A DNA stretch of 46,343 nt from Bdellovibrionota bacterium FG-2 (GTDB taxonomy: Bacteria; Bdellovibrionota; UBA1018), in assembly GCA_051382305.1 (NCBI GenBank), contig JBBCAV010000229.1:1-46343 (forward strand), in the 5' to 3' direction. Both the position numbers and the translations under genes were made by a program. Of this stretch, positions 27,823 to 39,000 are shown one piece after another. Numbering within the stretch: the stretch's first letter is position 1; the number at the start of each line of letters is the position of its first letter. The notes under the pieces were generated by a model that saw nothing but the letters and a program-made list of their open reading frames with translations, made no database searches and was not told the origin of the DNA.

Positions 27823-29481
27823 ATGGAAAAAATTTGGCACAAACAATACCAGGCTGGCGTTCCCCACACCATTAACCCTAATCAGTATTCTTCCTTAGCG
27901 GAGATTCTCGAAACGAGTTTTGAGAACTACCCGTCGGCTCCCGCGTTTCACAACATGGGAAAAACACTGACCTATGCTGAAATCAAAGAACTCAGCCACA
28001 AATTTGCGAATTTTCTTCAAAGCGAACTGAAACTAAAGAAGGGCGATCGCATCGCCATTATGATGCCCAACGTCCTGCAATACCCTGTAGCGCTGTTTGG
28101 TGCACTTCAAGCGGGAATGATCGTCGTCAACGTCAACCCGCTATACACGGCTCGCGAACTGGAATATCAACTCAAGGACTCGGGGGCCAAGGCCATCGTT
28201 ATTCTAGCCAACTTTGCGCATACGCTAGAAAAAGTGATCAACAAGACCGACGTCAAACACGCGATTGTCACCGAAATCGGCGATCTATTAGGGTTCCCAA
28301 AATCTCTTATCGTTAATGCTGTTGTTAAGTATGTCAAAAAGATGGTGCCTGCCTGGAAGATTCCAACCGCTATTCGTTTCAATGATGCGCTCAAAAGGGC
28401 TTCGGCCAGCTCCTTTTCAAAGCCCACAATCACCCTCAAAGATATTGCGTTTCTCCAGTACACTGGCGGAACTACCGGAGTTTCCAAAGGCGCAAGGCTC
28501 ACTCACGGCAACATCGTGGCAAATGTCGTTCAAGCCAAAGCATGGATTAACCCCCTTATTAAAGAGCAACAAGAGATCATCATTACGCCGCTGCCGCTTT
28601 ATCACATCTTTTCACTCACCGCGAATTGCTTCGTTTTCTCGGCGGTCGGTGCACTCAATGTTTTGATCACCAATCCCCGAGATTTCCCCGCATTTATCAA
28701 GGAACTTAATAAGTGGCATTTTACCGCCTTTACCGGAGTGAACACGCTTTTCAATGCGCTGCTCGCGACTCCGGGATTTTCCGAAGTGGATTTTAGCGGA
28801 TTGAAAATATCCTTGGGCGGTGGAATGGCCGTACAGCGGGCCGTGGCCGAGAAATGGAAAGAAATCACCAAGGCGCCCCTTATTGAAGCCTATGGTCTTA
28901 CCGAAACTTCACCTGCGGCTTGCATGAACCCCATGAATCTTCCGGAGTATAACGGATTCGTGGGCCTACCCATTTCCTCGACGGATGTGACAATCAAAGA
29001 CGACGACGGTAATAACCTCGATCTAGGTCAGGTTGGCGAAGTCTGCATCAAGGGCCCACAAGTAATGGAAGGCTATTGGAACCGTGCAGATGAAACGGCC
29101 AAGGTTTTTGCCAAGGACGGTTATTTCAAGACAGGTGACTTAGGTTACATGAACGAGCAAGGCTTCGTGAAGCTTGTGGATCGCAAAAAGGACATGATCT
29201 TGGTCTCAGGCTTTAACGTTTACCCCAACGAAATTGAAGACGTGATCGCCATGATGCCCAAGGTGATGGAGTCGGCGGCGATTGGAATTCCGGATGAAAA
29301 AAGCGGTGAAGTCGTAAAACTGTTCATCGTAAAAAGGGACGCTTCACTTACGTCTGAAGAGGTCATGAAATTCTGTCGTGAGAACCTCACGGGCTATAAA
29401 GTTCCCAAAGCGATCGAGTTTCGAAGCGAACTTCCGAAGTCAAACGTTGGGAAGATTTTGCGGAAGGATTTGAGGGGTTAG
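27823..29481 (+). CDS. fadD: Long-chain-fatty-acid--CoA ligase
   Basis: LQYTGGTTGVSKG, EAYGLTE, TGD, DRKKDMILVSGFNVYPNEIE, PKSNVGKILR. Confidence 0.96.
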   Translation: MEKIWHKQYQAGVPHTINPNQYSSLAEILETSFENYPSAPAFHNMGKTLTYAEIKELSHKFANFLQSELKLKKGDRIAIMMPNVLQYPVALFGALQAGMIVVNVNPLYTARELEYQLKDSGAKAIVILANFAHTLEKVINKTDVKHAIVTEIGDLLGFPKSLIVNAVVKYVKKMVPAWKIPTAIRFNDALKRASASSFSKPTITLKDIAFLQYTGGTTGVSKGARLTHGNIVANVVQAKAWINPLIKEQQEIIITPLPLYHIFSLTANCFVFSAVGALNVLITNPRDFPAFIKELNKWHFTAFTGVNTLFNALLATPGFSEVDFSGLKISLGGGMAVQRAVAEKWKEITKAPLIEAYGLTETSPAACMNPMNLPEYNGFVGLPISSTDVTIKDDDGNNLDLGQVGEVCIKGPQVMEGYWNRADETAKVFAKDGYFKTGDLGYMNEQGFVKLVDRKKDMILVSGFNVYPNEIEDVIAMMPKVMESAAIGIPDEKSGEVVKLFIVKRDASLTSEEVMKFCRENLTGYKVPKAIEFRSELPKSNVGKILRKDLRG

Positions 29482-29549
29482 AGTCTTAGAGTCCAGGTAT
29501 CCAAGAATAACCGTTGACGAGGAGCGCGCGCTCAGGCATGACGCGTTGC

Positions 29550-30197
29550 ATGAAAAGTCTTACTCGTTATCAAACCGCCCCCCTAACCCTCGTTTTTGTG
29601 GCCATCGCACTGAGCTGGTCTTTGGGCGCTCTCGCTGATTGGTATGGCGGACATGGTGGCGAGCCAACATTTCCTGAGGAAGAATACCAACAGTCAAAGG
29701 ATGTCGAGGACGTTGCAGCGCTTGCGGCGCTGATTCCGGGCAAAAAGACTTGATTTTGCATCATTTTTCGAAAAAAGCCTGCAGACATCGTAAAAACTAT
29801 CGAAGGCTCTGACGGTCAGTTGCTTGAAGAACTGGCGCTCTACTCGTTTTCGAATAAGTCCGACGCCATCACACTTTCGATCCGCGGTTTAGGTGGGAAG
29901 AAACCTGTCGAGAGCCAGGAAGCTCGCCTAAGCGATCTCATTCCATCGTTTTTCTCACGTAAAGAGACCTGCGAAGTTCAAGATCATCGCATATCCTGTC
30001 ATGCTCCAGACGCCAAGGCGACAAGACAATATATTAGACATTTTAATGACGTAGCTGGCCTGGTCTATCTGTTTATTGAAAACACGTACGCCCCGGCGCA
30101 CCCTGAACAGCTCGATCCGGCCAGCTTTGCAAAGTCAAAATATGATTCGGAACGCGTGGTTGGGTCAGTCTATCACTGCATTTCCCCATCATTGTAA
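29550..30197 (+). pseudogene. Secreted hypothetical protein interrupted by one in-frame TGA
   Basis: ORFs 29514..29753 and 29820..30197 share a frame: ...LIPGKKT*FCIIFRKKPADIVKTIEGSDGQLLEEL... with no other stop. Signal peptide and GGHGG at the N-terminus. Confidence 0.75.
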
Positions 30198-30274
30198 AAC
30201 CCCGTCATCATCATTTCGTCCTTGCGCCACTTGACGCACTGTGTTATTTCTCTCAGACTTATGAGGCCCTCACT

Positions 30275-32129
30275 TATGAAAACACACCTGCACCTCTCCT
30301 GGACCGCACTTCTGGCATTGTCTTTTTGCACCCTTTCTTTTGGAGCCGCAAAACCTCGCCAAGCCGAACTTAATTGGAACCCTCAAGACTCCATCATGTC
30401 TGATTGGCAAAAAGATTCCGCGGGCAATGCGAGCATCGATTTTGATTTCAAAGATCTCACTGCCCGCTATGGCTTCAAAGAACAGATGGCCAATCCTAAC
30501 ATTCGCCTCGCTTTTGATCGCTTCCTCAACGCACGCACCACGACAGGGAACAGTGCCGAACTTCTGATTAATGGCGCCAATTCATTTGAACGGCGCGATC
30601 AAATTATTCGTGACGCAAAAGAAAGCATCCTCATCTCAACTTTTTATTGGTTTCCGGACCTTCACGGCCTAAAAATTCTCCCACTCCTTGCCCAAAAAAT
30701 CGAAGAAGGCGTCACCGTTCGCATCATTTTCGACGCCCTTGCCGCCTACAGCGGGCACAAAAAATTTTACGATGACGTAAATATTTACATTCGCTCCCGC
30801 TACGAAGCCCTCAAGGATCGCTACCCACGCTTTGCTGAAGAACTCAAAACCACGCCCCGATCCGTTTGGATGTTTCACGCTCCTGAAGCTCTCGTCAAAA
30901 CCACTTTCGTGAAACACGATGAACAAGAACGCAACCTGCAACTTAAAACAGATCGCTTCGTCGAAGGAAAATTCCTTCAAATCATTCACAATAAAATGCT
31001 CGTAATCGATGGCAAAAAAGCCATCATCGGCGGAATGAACATTGCCGACTCCTATGCCTATGGAGGCGCGACCACCACCGATAAGGAAACCGGTGCACTT
31101 ACCCCACTTCCACAGCGTGAGTTCTCGGCGGACGAAATTCAAAAGCTTCGGCAGATGCTGCCAAACTCATACAAAGAGATCAACGAGCGCATGGGCGAAA
31201 AACTTGATCAGGGACGCTACAATCCACAACTCGGCTGGCGAGACACGGATATTCTCGTTGAGGGCGATGCCGCCAAGGAACTTCAGCACGGTTGGAATCG
31301 TTTTTGGAACTACGCCATGCTCTATGGCAACAAAGACGGCTCTCATAGCGCCAGTCTCTATCTCGGCAATGCCTGGAACACTGTTAAAGAGCCCGAAATC
31401 TCGGGCCTGCTTGAAAAAGATTACCTCCGAAACGAAAATCAAACTCGCGTGAGCAATGTTGCCATTCGAAAAGTTGAGCATATTCCGCAACTGGGGGAAC
31501 CCTACTTTTTTCGCCATATGCGCTGGCTCCTAGCCTCTGCCAAAAAATATCTTTATATCCACGCGCCTTACGCCGTCTTCCCACAGGAGCTTCAAGATTG
31601 GATGGTCGAGGCGGCAACTCGCAAAGATAACCCCATCCGCATCGTGATCTTCACAAACAGCCGAGAGAGTAACGATTGGAAAGCCGATATGACTTGGGCC
31701 GCAAGACGACAATGCCTGGATCTTGCACAACGCACAGGCGGGCGAATCGCAACTCTTGAATGGGCCCTTCCCACCCTGCATTCGAAGGTGATTTTGGCAG
31801 ATGACTACGTCGTCTCAGTGGGGACGAACAACTACGACATTCAAAGTATGTCTTTGTCATCGGAAACAGCCGTAACGGTTTTTGATGAGAAATTTGCCGC
31901 AATCACAAAGGAAATGTTCCGCACCGACAGCAACCACAGTAAATTCATCGACAAGAACACTCTCGACGAGTGGTATCAACTCACCCGAACCGAGGGGATC
32001 TCAGACTTGAACGAAGGCCCAGATTTCTTGGATCGATTTCGCGAACGCTTTTTGCTTAATGGATTGGTATGGCCCATTTCGCAGGCCAATGGGGGGCATG
32101 ACCTATTGGAGCGATTTGCCGGATTTTAG
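30275..32129 (+). CDS. Secreted phospholipase D family protein (cardiolipin synthase-like)
   Basis: Two HKD motifs (IHNKMLVID...GGMN and LHSKVILAD...GTNN), WRDTD, signal peptide. Start uncertain (30222/30260/30275). Confidence 0.9.
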
Positions 32130-32154
32130 ATCGGTATTGCATTCCCACTGGGCC

Positions 32155-35100
32155 CTACTTCAACACCTCGACGACCTTCCCAAACTGCGCCTTATTCGCC
32201 TCAATCTTAGGTTTACCGCCGACAACCGCATGATAATCCTTCGCAATCACCTTCGTCACAAGCTCCGTGTAACCCTTCAGATCGCTCACTTGAGTGGCGA
32301 GGACTTCGTCGCGATCCTTTTGAATATCAGACTGCGTAAACTTACTGATATAATAAGCCATCGCCTTCTCACCCTTCATAGACGGTGTAAGAGGCATATC
32401 CAACTCACTGATCGTACCCAAGATGTACTTATTGAGCTCGCGAGTCGGGATATTCAAGGTCGCTAAATACTCTGGCGTCTTGTGGTAGATATCATAAGTC
32501 TCTTGCAAATTCGGATCCCGATAAGAGGTAAAAGTAAAGTTTCCGGTGCTTGATATCTCAAGCATCGCTCCATATGCGCCACCCTGAACACGAACACGAT
32601 TCCAAAGATAATCCTTGCGAAGCACATTGCGAAGCACGCGCATCTTCCCCGAATATGAAAATCCCAATTGCTTGAAATCGGCCCCTTGCGCCACAAAATA
32701 AACTTTCGAAGGGACAATGAGAGCTTCGTTGTCTGCCGAAAATTTATAAGCATAAACCTGATGTTTCACCTCAGAATCAGGCAACGCCTTAACAAAACCC
32801 TCCAACGTTGGACGGTGCTTGACGACATCCGCCTCCGGCGAAGTGTAACTCATTATTAAAGTGTTGCGATTAAAAATCAACGTCGAAACCTTTCTGAGAT
32901 TTTCAGAAATCCGATCCGCTTCCTTTTCAAAGTTTTTCTCAAGACCTACAAGAAACTGATAATAGGAAATCCCCCCCGTCAATTCCCGATACTTTCCCGC
33001 ATTTGAAAAATAGGAAAGCGTACGCGTACTGGCGAACACATGACCTGAGGACTGCAATGCGCTCTCAGAATTCGAACGCTCGGCTTCAATGATTTCCTTA
33101 AGTCGCTTATGATCCGTGAACCTCGAGTGAAGCAAAACCTCCGTCGTAAGCTCCGAGAGTTTCGGCAGCTTTTCGCTCAAGGCCTTCGCAGATACCACAA
33201 ACTTCGGATAAATCTGTTGCATTGAATCCTTATTTGAATAAGGCACCGACGAATAGGTTAAGCCCCCCGTATGAATATTGAGTTCATTGGTCAGATCTTT
33301 GAAACTCCGTTTTTCGGTGTCCACACTCCCAAGCATCTCTGCCAAGAGTGGAATATAGGGCAAAAGCTCCTGAGGAACGGCAGTAGTGTCAAAATAGAGT
33401 CCGAGATAGGAAATCTGGCTCGTGAAAACCGAGTGCGTAAAGAAGGGCACTCCTGCTAACTTGCTCTGCTCAATTGGCAACACTTCAGCCTTACGATCAA
33501 GATCTGAAAGCTCAAGCATCGGAATTTTCGCAAGATTTTCAGCCGTATCGGGCGACTTCTGCCGCCGCTGAAGCTCCGCCCCTTCGGACTCAATCGTCTT
33601 GAGCTTCTCGGGAGACAGAGACTTCTTAAGCTTTGCAAGATCAGTACGCACCTTCTCATCGCGCTTCTTATCCAAGCCGGGCTTCGCTTCAAGTTGAACA
33701 AGGACTCGATGTTTGTTTCCCAAAAGGTTCGTCTGTATCAAATTCTCAAAATAGCCCGAAAAGGCCTTTTCACGGATCTTCTTAAGCACCGGCTCAAACT
33801 GAAGATGGGCAAGTGGATCCCCTTCATAGAGCCAACTGGCGAGCACCTTATAGTTATAAACCAATCCTTTAGGGTACCCCCTAAAGTCCGCTTCGCGGAG
33901 AAGGAACTCTTTGCGATTGATTGCGGCCTCAATAAGTTTCTTGTCGATCCCGTTCTTCACTAAGTCCTTTAGCGTTTTTTCCGTCACATCCAACAGGGCC
34001 GTCTTCTTGTTAGCGTTTGTACTTTTGGCGGTAATCGAAAATACGGGCTGCAAGAAGTCCCCATCAAAATCTCCATCAATCTCTTTGCCAACCTTCGCCT
34101 CAAGCAAAGCCCTTTTCAAGGGCGCCGCTTCAGTCCCTGTCAATAAATAGGCCAGCATTTCCATCGAAAGAACTGTCTCGGGGTCCGTGGATTTTCCAAT
34201 CGAATACCCCAAAGCCAAGAAGGCCTTATCCTTCAGTGAATCGCCTTCGTTTATTGAGTAGGTTTCCTTGACTTCCTTAAGTTTTGAAAACGCGCCCTGC
34301 ACACCCACCGTTGAATCCGGCTTGATCTTACTAAATTGATCCAAGAAACCCTCATTCACGAAACGAAGATGCTCCTCAATGTTTCCGTTGCCGTACAGAT
34401 AAATGTAACTATTAGAAGGATGATAATATTTCTTATAAAACTTCACGAAGTTTTCATGAGTCAAAGTCGGAATCGCAGAAGGCAACCCTCCCGACTCGTG
34501 TTGGTAAACAGTAGAAGGATACATGTTGTGCATCATAGAGCGACCCAACACTGATTCAGGAGAGGAGAAGACCCCCTTCATCTCATTGAAAACCACACCA
34601 TTATAGCTGAGCTCTCCGGTCTTTGGGTCAGCTTCATAGCGCCACCCTTCTTGTTTTAAAATGTACGGGTCTTCGACCACCTTAGGAAAAAAGACCGCAT
34701 CGAGATATACGTCCATCAAATTTTTAAAATCTTTGTCGTTGCGACTCGCAACCGGATACATGGTCTTATCAGGAAAAGTCATCGCATTAACGAAGGTCTT
34801 AACCGATCCTTTGACCAATTCTAAGAACGGTTCCTTTGAGGGAAACTTCCGAGAACCACATAAAACAGAGTGTTCCAAAATATGCGCCACACCCGTGTCA
34901 TCTGAAGGAAGCGTGCGAAAGGATATCGAAAAAACTTTGTTATCATCAGCTGTGGACAGGTAGAGAAGGCGTGCGCCGGTCTTCTCGTGTTCGTATATTC
35001 GCGCAATACCGTCGACTTCTTTCCCCGGCTGAACTCTAACCAAACGAAATCCCTGCAGCACCGAACCCACCTGATCCCTCACGGAGTGTTTATCCATCGC

Positions 35101-35178
35101 ATAACCTTTTTCTTGAAATGAAAGTGTGATTGCCAAAATAGAAAACGAAAGAGCCAAGAAGCCAGTGATCTTTTTCAT
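32155..35178 (-). CDS. M16C insulinase-family peptidase (PreP-like) with a signal peptide
   Basis: HILEHSVLCGS, NAMTFPDKTMYP, GVVFNEMKG, RVQGGAYG, SYRDPN. Confidence 0.95.
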   Translation of the reverse strand: MKKITGFLALSFSILAITLSFQEKGYAMDKHSVRDQVGSVLQGFRLVRVQPGKEVDGIARIYEHEKTGARLLYLSTADDNKVFSISFRTLPSDDTGVAHILEHSVLCGSRKFPSKEPFLELVKGSVKTFVNAMTFPDKTMYPVASRNDKDFKNLMDVYLDAVFFPKVVEDPYILKQEGWRYEADPKTGELSYNGVVFNEMKGVFSSPESVLGRSMMHNMYPSTVYQHESGGLPSAIPTLTHENFVKFYKKYYHPSNSYIYLYGNGNIEEHLRFVNEGFLDQFSKIKPDSTVGVQGAFSKLKEVKETYSINEGDSLKDKAFLALGYSIGKSTDPETVLSMEMLAYLLTGTEAAPLKRALLEAKVGKEIDGDFDGDFLQPVFSITAKSTNANKKTALLDVTEKTLKDLVKNGIDKKLIEAAINRKEFLLREADFRGYPKGLVYNYKVLASWLYEGDPLAHLQFEPVLKKIREKAFSGYFENLIQTNLLGNKHRVLVQLEAKPGLDKKRDEKVRTDLAKLKKSLSPEKLKTIESEGAELQRRQKSPDTAENLAKIPMLELSDLDRKAEVLPIEQSKLAGVPFFTHSVFTSQISYLGLYFDTTAVPQELLPYIPLLAEMLGSVDTEKRSFKDLTNELNIHTGGLTYSSVPYSNKDSMQQIYPKFVVSAKALSEKLPKLSELTTEVLLHSRFTDHKRLKEIIEAERSNSESALQSSGHVFASTRTLSYFSNAGKYRELTGGISYYQFLVGLEKNFEKEADRISENLRKVSTLIFNRNTLIMSYTSPEADVVKHRPTLEGFVKALPDSEVKHQVYAYKFSADNEALIVPSKVYFVAQGADFKQLGFSYSGKMRVLRNVLRKDYLWNRVRVQGGAYGAMLEISSTGNFTFTSYRDPNLQETYDIYHKTPEYLATLNIPTRELNKYILGTISELDMPLTPSMKGEKAMAYYISKFTQSDIQKDRDEVLATQVSDLKGYTELVTKVIAKDYHAVVGGKPKIEANKAQFGKVVEVLK

Positions 35179-35210
35179 ATCTGAACAGTATACAGGCTAA
35201 ATTTGAATTA

Positions 35211-35894
35211 CTACAAACGAAGAATCACCTTTTTATCAAAAAACCAGGCGACAAGCCCTGCGAGCCAAAACCCAAAGAAACCGTCAATCCAATAATGTTG
35301 CTTGGTCGTAAGGGTCGAAATCCAAACGACGCTCGCCCAAATGAAAAATCCCAAAAAAGGGCGTCGTCGCCTCTCCCAGAGAAACGAAAAAGCAGACAGG
35401 TAAGCAACACCCACATGAAGACTGGGAAAACAATTTGCCGGAGAATCCGCCTCTCGCATCGCAAGAAAAGCCTTCTCGGCCCAGGACGTTGGAATCAGAG
35501 GAATCGGAAAATCTGATCTCGGATAAGTCGTGGGAAGAATCCAAAAGACCGTAACACTCATCACGGCCAATGCCCCGAAAGACAAGACAAGCTGATTATG
35601 CGACTTGATTTCGTTTAGGAGATAAAAAGCCGCAAACATCATAAAAATTGCACTTAAATAGACCCATATCGAATCTACTAAAAACGGAGTCACGCGATCG
35701 GGCCACAACAGTGGGAGCAACCGCGGCTCCACCAAATGGTAACGATTCGGGAGGCCATAAAGCAAAATGAAGGCAATCGTACTGCCCAAGATGACTTGCG
35801 TCTTATTATTTGAATTCACGACGGCGTTAAGTGCGATTTTCCCCTGCTGAGCGGCAAGCGTAAGTCTCTTTTGTGTTTCAGCCATGCTTTCCAT
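35211..35894 (-). CDS. PAP2-family membrane protein (Aur1/IPC-synthase-like)
   Basis: About 6 TM segments; NCFPSLHV; TKQHYWID. Confidence 0.85.
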   Translation of the reverse strand: MESMAETQKRLTLAAQQGKIALNAVVNSNNKTQVILGSTIAFILLYGLPNRYHLVEPRLLPLLWPDRVTPFLVDSIWVYLSAIFMMFAAFYLLNEIKSHNQLVLSFGALAVMSVTVFWILPTTYPRSDFPIPLIPTSWAEKAFLAMREADSPANCFPSLHVGVAYLSAFSFLWERRRRPFLGFFIWASVVWISTLTTKQHYWIDGFFGFWLAGLVAWFFDKKVILRL

Positions 35895-36077
35895 GGTAGC
35901 AAAGCCGCCACTTCTCGCAAGCTTGAGTTCTCTCGCGTCTCAATTCTTGTCTCATTATCATCCGCTCCTCCCGTTCCTATCAAACTTATGCACCGTTTCA
36001 GCACATAAATAGTCCATTAAGAGCGTCAAAAAAATACCTATCAACAAAACCCAAGGAGGACTATTAAGCTAGTAGCT

Positions 36078-39000
36078 ATGACCCAAACAAAAATTCCCGC
36101 AGCCCAGGCGGCAACACTGGACGGCAATGAAGCTACAGCGTCGGTCGCTTATCGTCTTTCTGAAACGATTGCGATTTACCCCATCACCCCCTCATCCACG
36201 ATGGCCGAATTCGCCGACGAATGGTCCTCTCAACAAAAAAAGAATCTATGGGGATCAATTCCTCGTCTTGTTGAAATGCAATCCGAGGGAGGCGCCGCGG
36301 GAGCATGCCACGGAATGCTTCAAGCGGGTACGCTTTCGACAACATTCACGGCTTCGCAAGGCCTGCTCTTGATGATTCCAAACATGTACAAAATCGCGGG
36401 AGAGCTTACGCCATTTTGTATGCATGTCACCGCCCGCACGCTGGCCGCGCACGCCCTCTCAATTTTTGGCGATCATTCCGATGTCATGGCTTGTCGCCAG
36501 GTGGGTTTCTCTCTTTTGTCCTCGGGGTCCGTACAAGAAGCGCACGACTTTGCGGCGGTCGCGCATGCCTCAACCTTAAAGGCCCGCGTTCCCTTCCTTC
36601 ATTTCTTTGATGGATTTCGAACTTCGCATGAAGTCGCAAAAATTCAGATGATCTCCGATGAAACACTTCGAGCGATGATTGACGATCGGTATATTGATGC
36701 CTTTCGAAAATTAGCCCTCACCCCGGATCATCCCAAAATTCGAGGAACCGCTCAAAATCCGGACGTCTTTTTCCAGGCGCGCGAAGCATGCAATCCGTAT
36801 TACGACAACGTAGCGCAACTGACCGAGGAAACCTTCAAACAATTTGAAAAACTCACGGGGCGATCCTATCGTCTTTTTGACTACTATGGGGATCCTCAAG
36901 CCGAGCGCGTGATTATCATGATGGGCTCGGGGTCCGAAACCGCGAGCGAGACGATCGACTACTTGACGTCAAAGGGCGAGAAGGTTGGCGTCATTAAAGT
37001 CCGTCTCTTTAGACCTTTTTCAACTAAACATCTTTTAGCGGCGCTCCCCTTAAGCACTAAAATGATAGCGGTCTTAGATCGAACAAAGGAGCCTGGGGCC
37101 CTCGGAGAACCCTTGTATCAAGATGTCATCACCTCTCTGCACGAGGCTCTTGATGCTGGTGCTCTTCGGACACTCCCAAGAATCGTGGGCGGTCGCTACG
37201 GCCTCTCTTCAAAAGAATTCACGCCGGCCATGGTCAAAGCTGTTTTTGATAATCTTGCCCCTGGTAATTCTAATGGCAAACCCAAGAACCATTTTACGGT
37301 CGGCATCGTAGACGACGTCTCTCACTCCTCGCTCTCCTATGATCGCAATTTTGACATCGAGGGCAAAGAAATCACTCGCTGTCTATTTTTTGGCCTAGGC
37401 GCTGACGGAACTGTCGGCGCAAACAAGAATTCTATTAAAATCATTGGCGAGGAAACTGAGAACTTTGCGCAAGGTTATTTTGTATACGATTCCAAAAAAT
37501 CTGGCGCCATCACCATTTCTCACCTGCGGTTTGGGCCTAAACCCATTCGCTCCTCCTATTTGGTAACCCAAGCAAACTTTGTGGCTTGCCATCAATGGGA
37601 TTTCTTAGAAAAATACGATGTCTTGGAAGCGGCTGCTCCGGGCGCCGTCCTTTTGTTAAACTCCACCTTTCCCACCCATCAAGTTTGGGACGAACTCACA
37701 CGGGAAGTTCAAAAAACAATTCTCGACAAGAAGCTGAAGCTCTATACGATTGACGCGTTCAAGGTCGCCCGGGAAACAGGGATGGGCGGACGAATCAACA
37801 CCATCATGCAGACCTGCTTCTTTGCGATTTCTGGTGTTTTGCCTCGCGAAGAAGCAATTGCGCAGATCAAAAAATCGATCGAAAAAACCTACTCCAAAAA
37901 GGGAGCCGAAGTTGTAGCGCAAAACTTCAAAGCGGTTGACCAAACCCTTGCGGCCCTGTTCGAAGTCAAACCGGAAAATGCAGTCACCTCCAAAAAATCC
38001 AAGCCTCCCATTGTCCCTGATAATGCCCCCGATTTTGTCAAACGAGTCACCGCGACAATGATAGAAGGTAAGGGAGATCTTCTGCCTGTGAGTGCTTTCC
38101 CCGTTGATGGGACCTGGCCCACGGACACAACGCAGTGGGAGAAGCGCAATGTGGCGCTTGCGATTCCGGTTTGGGATTCCTCGATTTGCATTCAATGTAA
38201 CAAGTGCGCTTTCGTTTGCCCCCATGCCACCATTCGCCCGGCACTCTTTGATGCCCAGGCTCTAGATCATGCACCCGCCACATTTAAGTCTGTTGACTAT
38301 AAAGGTAAAGACGCCCCCGGGATGAAGTACGCTCTTCAAGTGGCTCCCGAGGATTGCACAGGTTGCGGGATCTGCGTCGAAGTTTGTCCCGCAAAAGACA
38401 AAGCAAACCCCAGGCATCGCGCCATCAACATGGAAACTCAAGCCCCTCTTCGCGAGACGGAACGAGAGAATTACAAATTCTTTTTGGGACTTCCCACTCC
38501 AGATCGCGCGATTCTCAAGGGAGACCCTAAGACCTCACAGTTCTTAGAACCTTTGTTTGAGTACTCCGGCGCTTGCGCAGGCTGCGGGGAAACGCCTTAT
38601 CTGAAACTCTTGACCCAGCTCTATGGTGATCGACTCATGATCGCAAACGCCACCGGATGTTCTTCGATCTATGGCGGGAATCTCCCCACGACGCCTTATG
38701 CAAAGAACGCCGAAGGCCGGGGGCCCGCTTGGTCGAATTCTTTATTCGAAGACAACGCGGAATACGGTTTCGGCATGCGGGTTGCGCTCGACAAACACGT
38801 CGAATACTCACAAGAGCTTGTTAAGCAATTCAGCGCAAAGCTCGGCGACGCGCTAGTGAACGCACTCTTGAGCGCTGACCAAAGTACTGAAGCTGGAATT
38901 TTTCAACAACGTGAGCGCATCGTTGAACTCAAGAAAAAACTTCACGATCTTAAAGAACCCGAAGCAAGGAGACTTGAGGCGATTGCAGATTATCTCGTCA

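Noticed and set aside
29751..29753. Genome-wide TGA reassignment
   Set aside because: nifJ, proS and others end at TGA at the expected positions, and long genes use TGG with no internal TGA.
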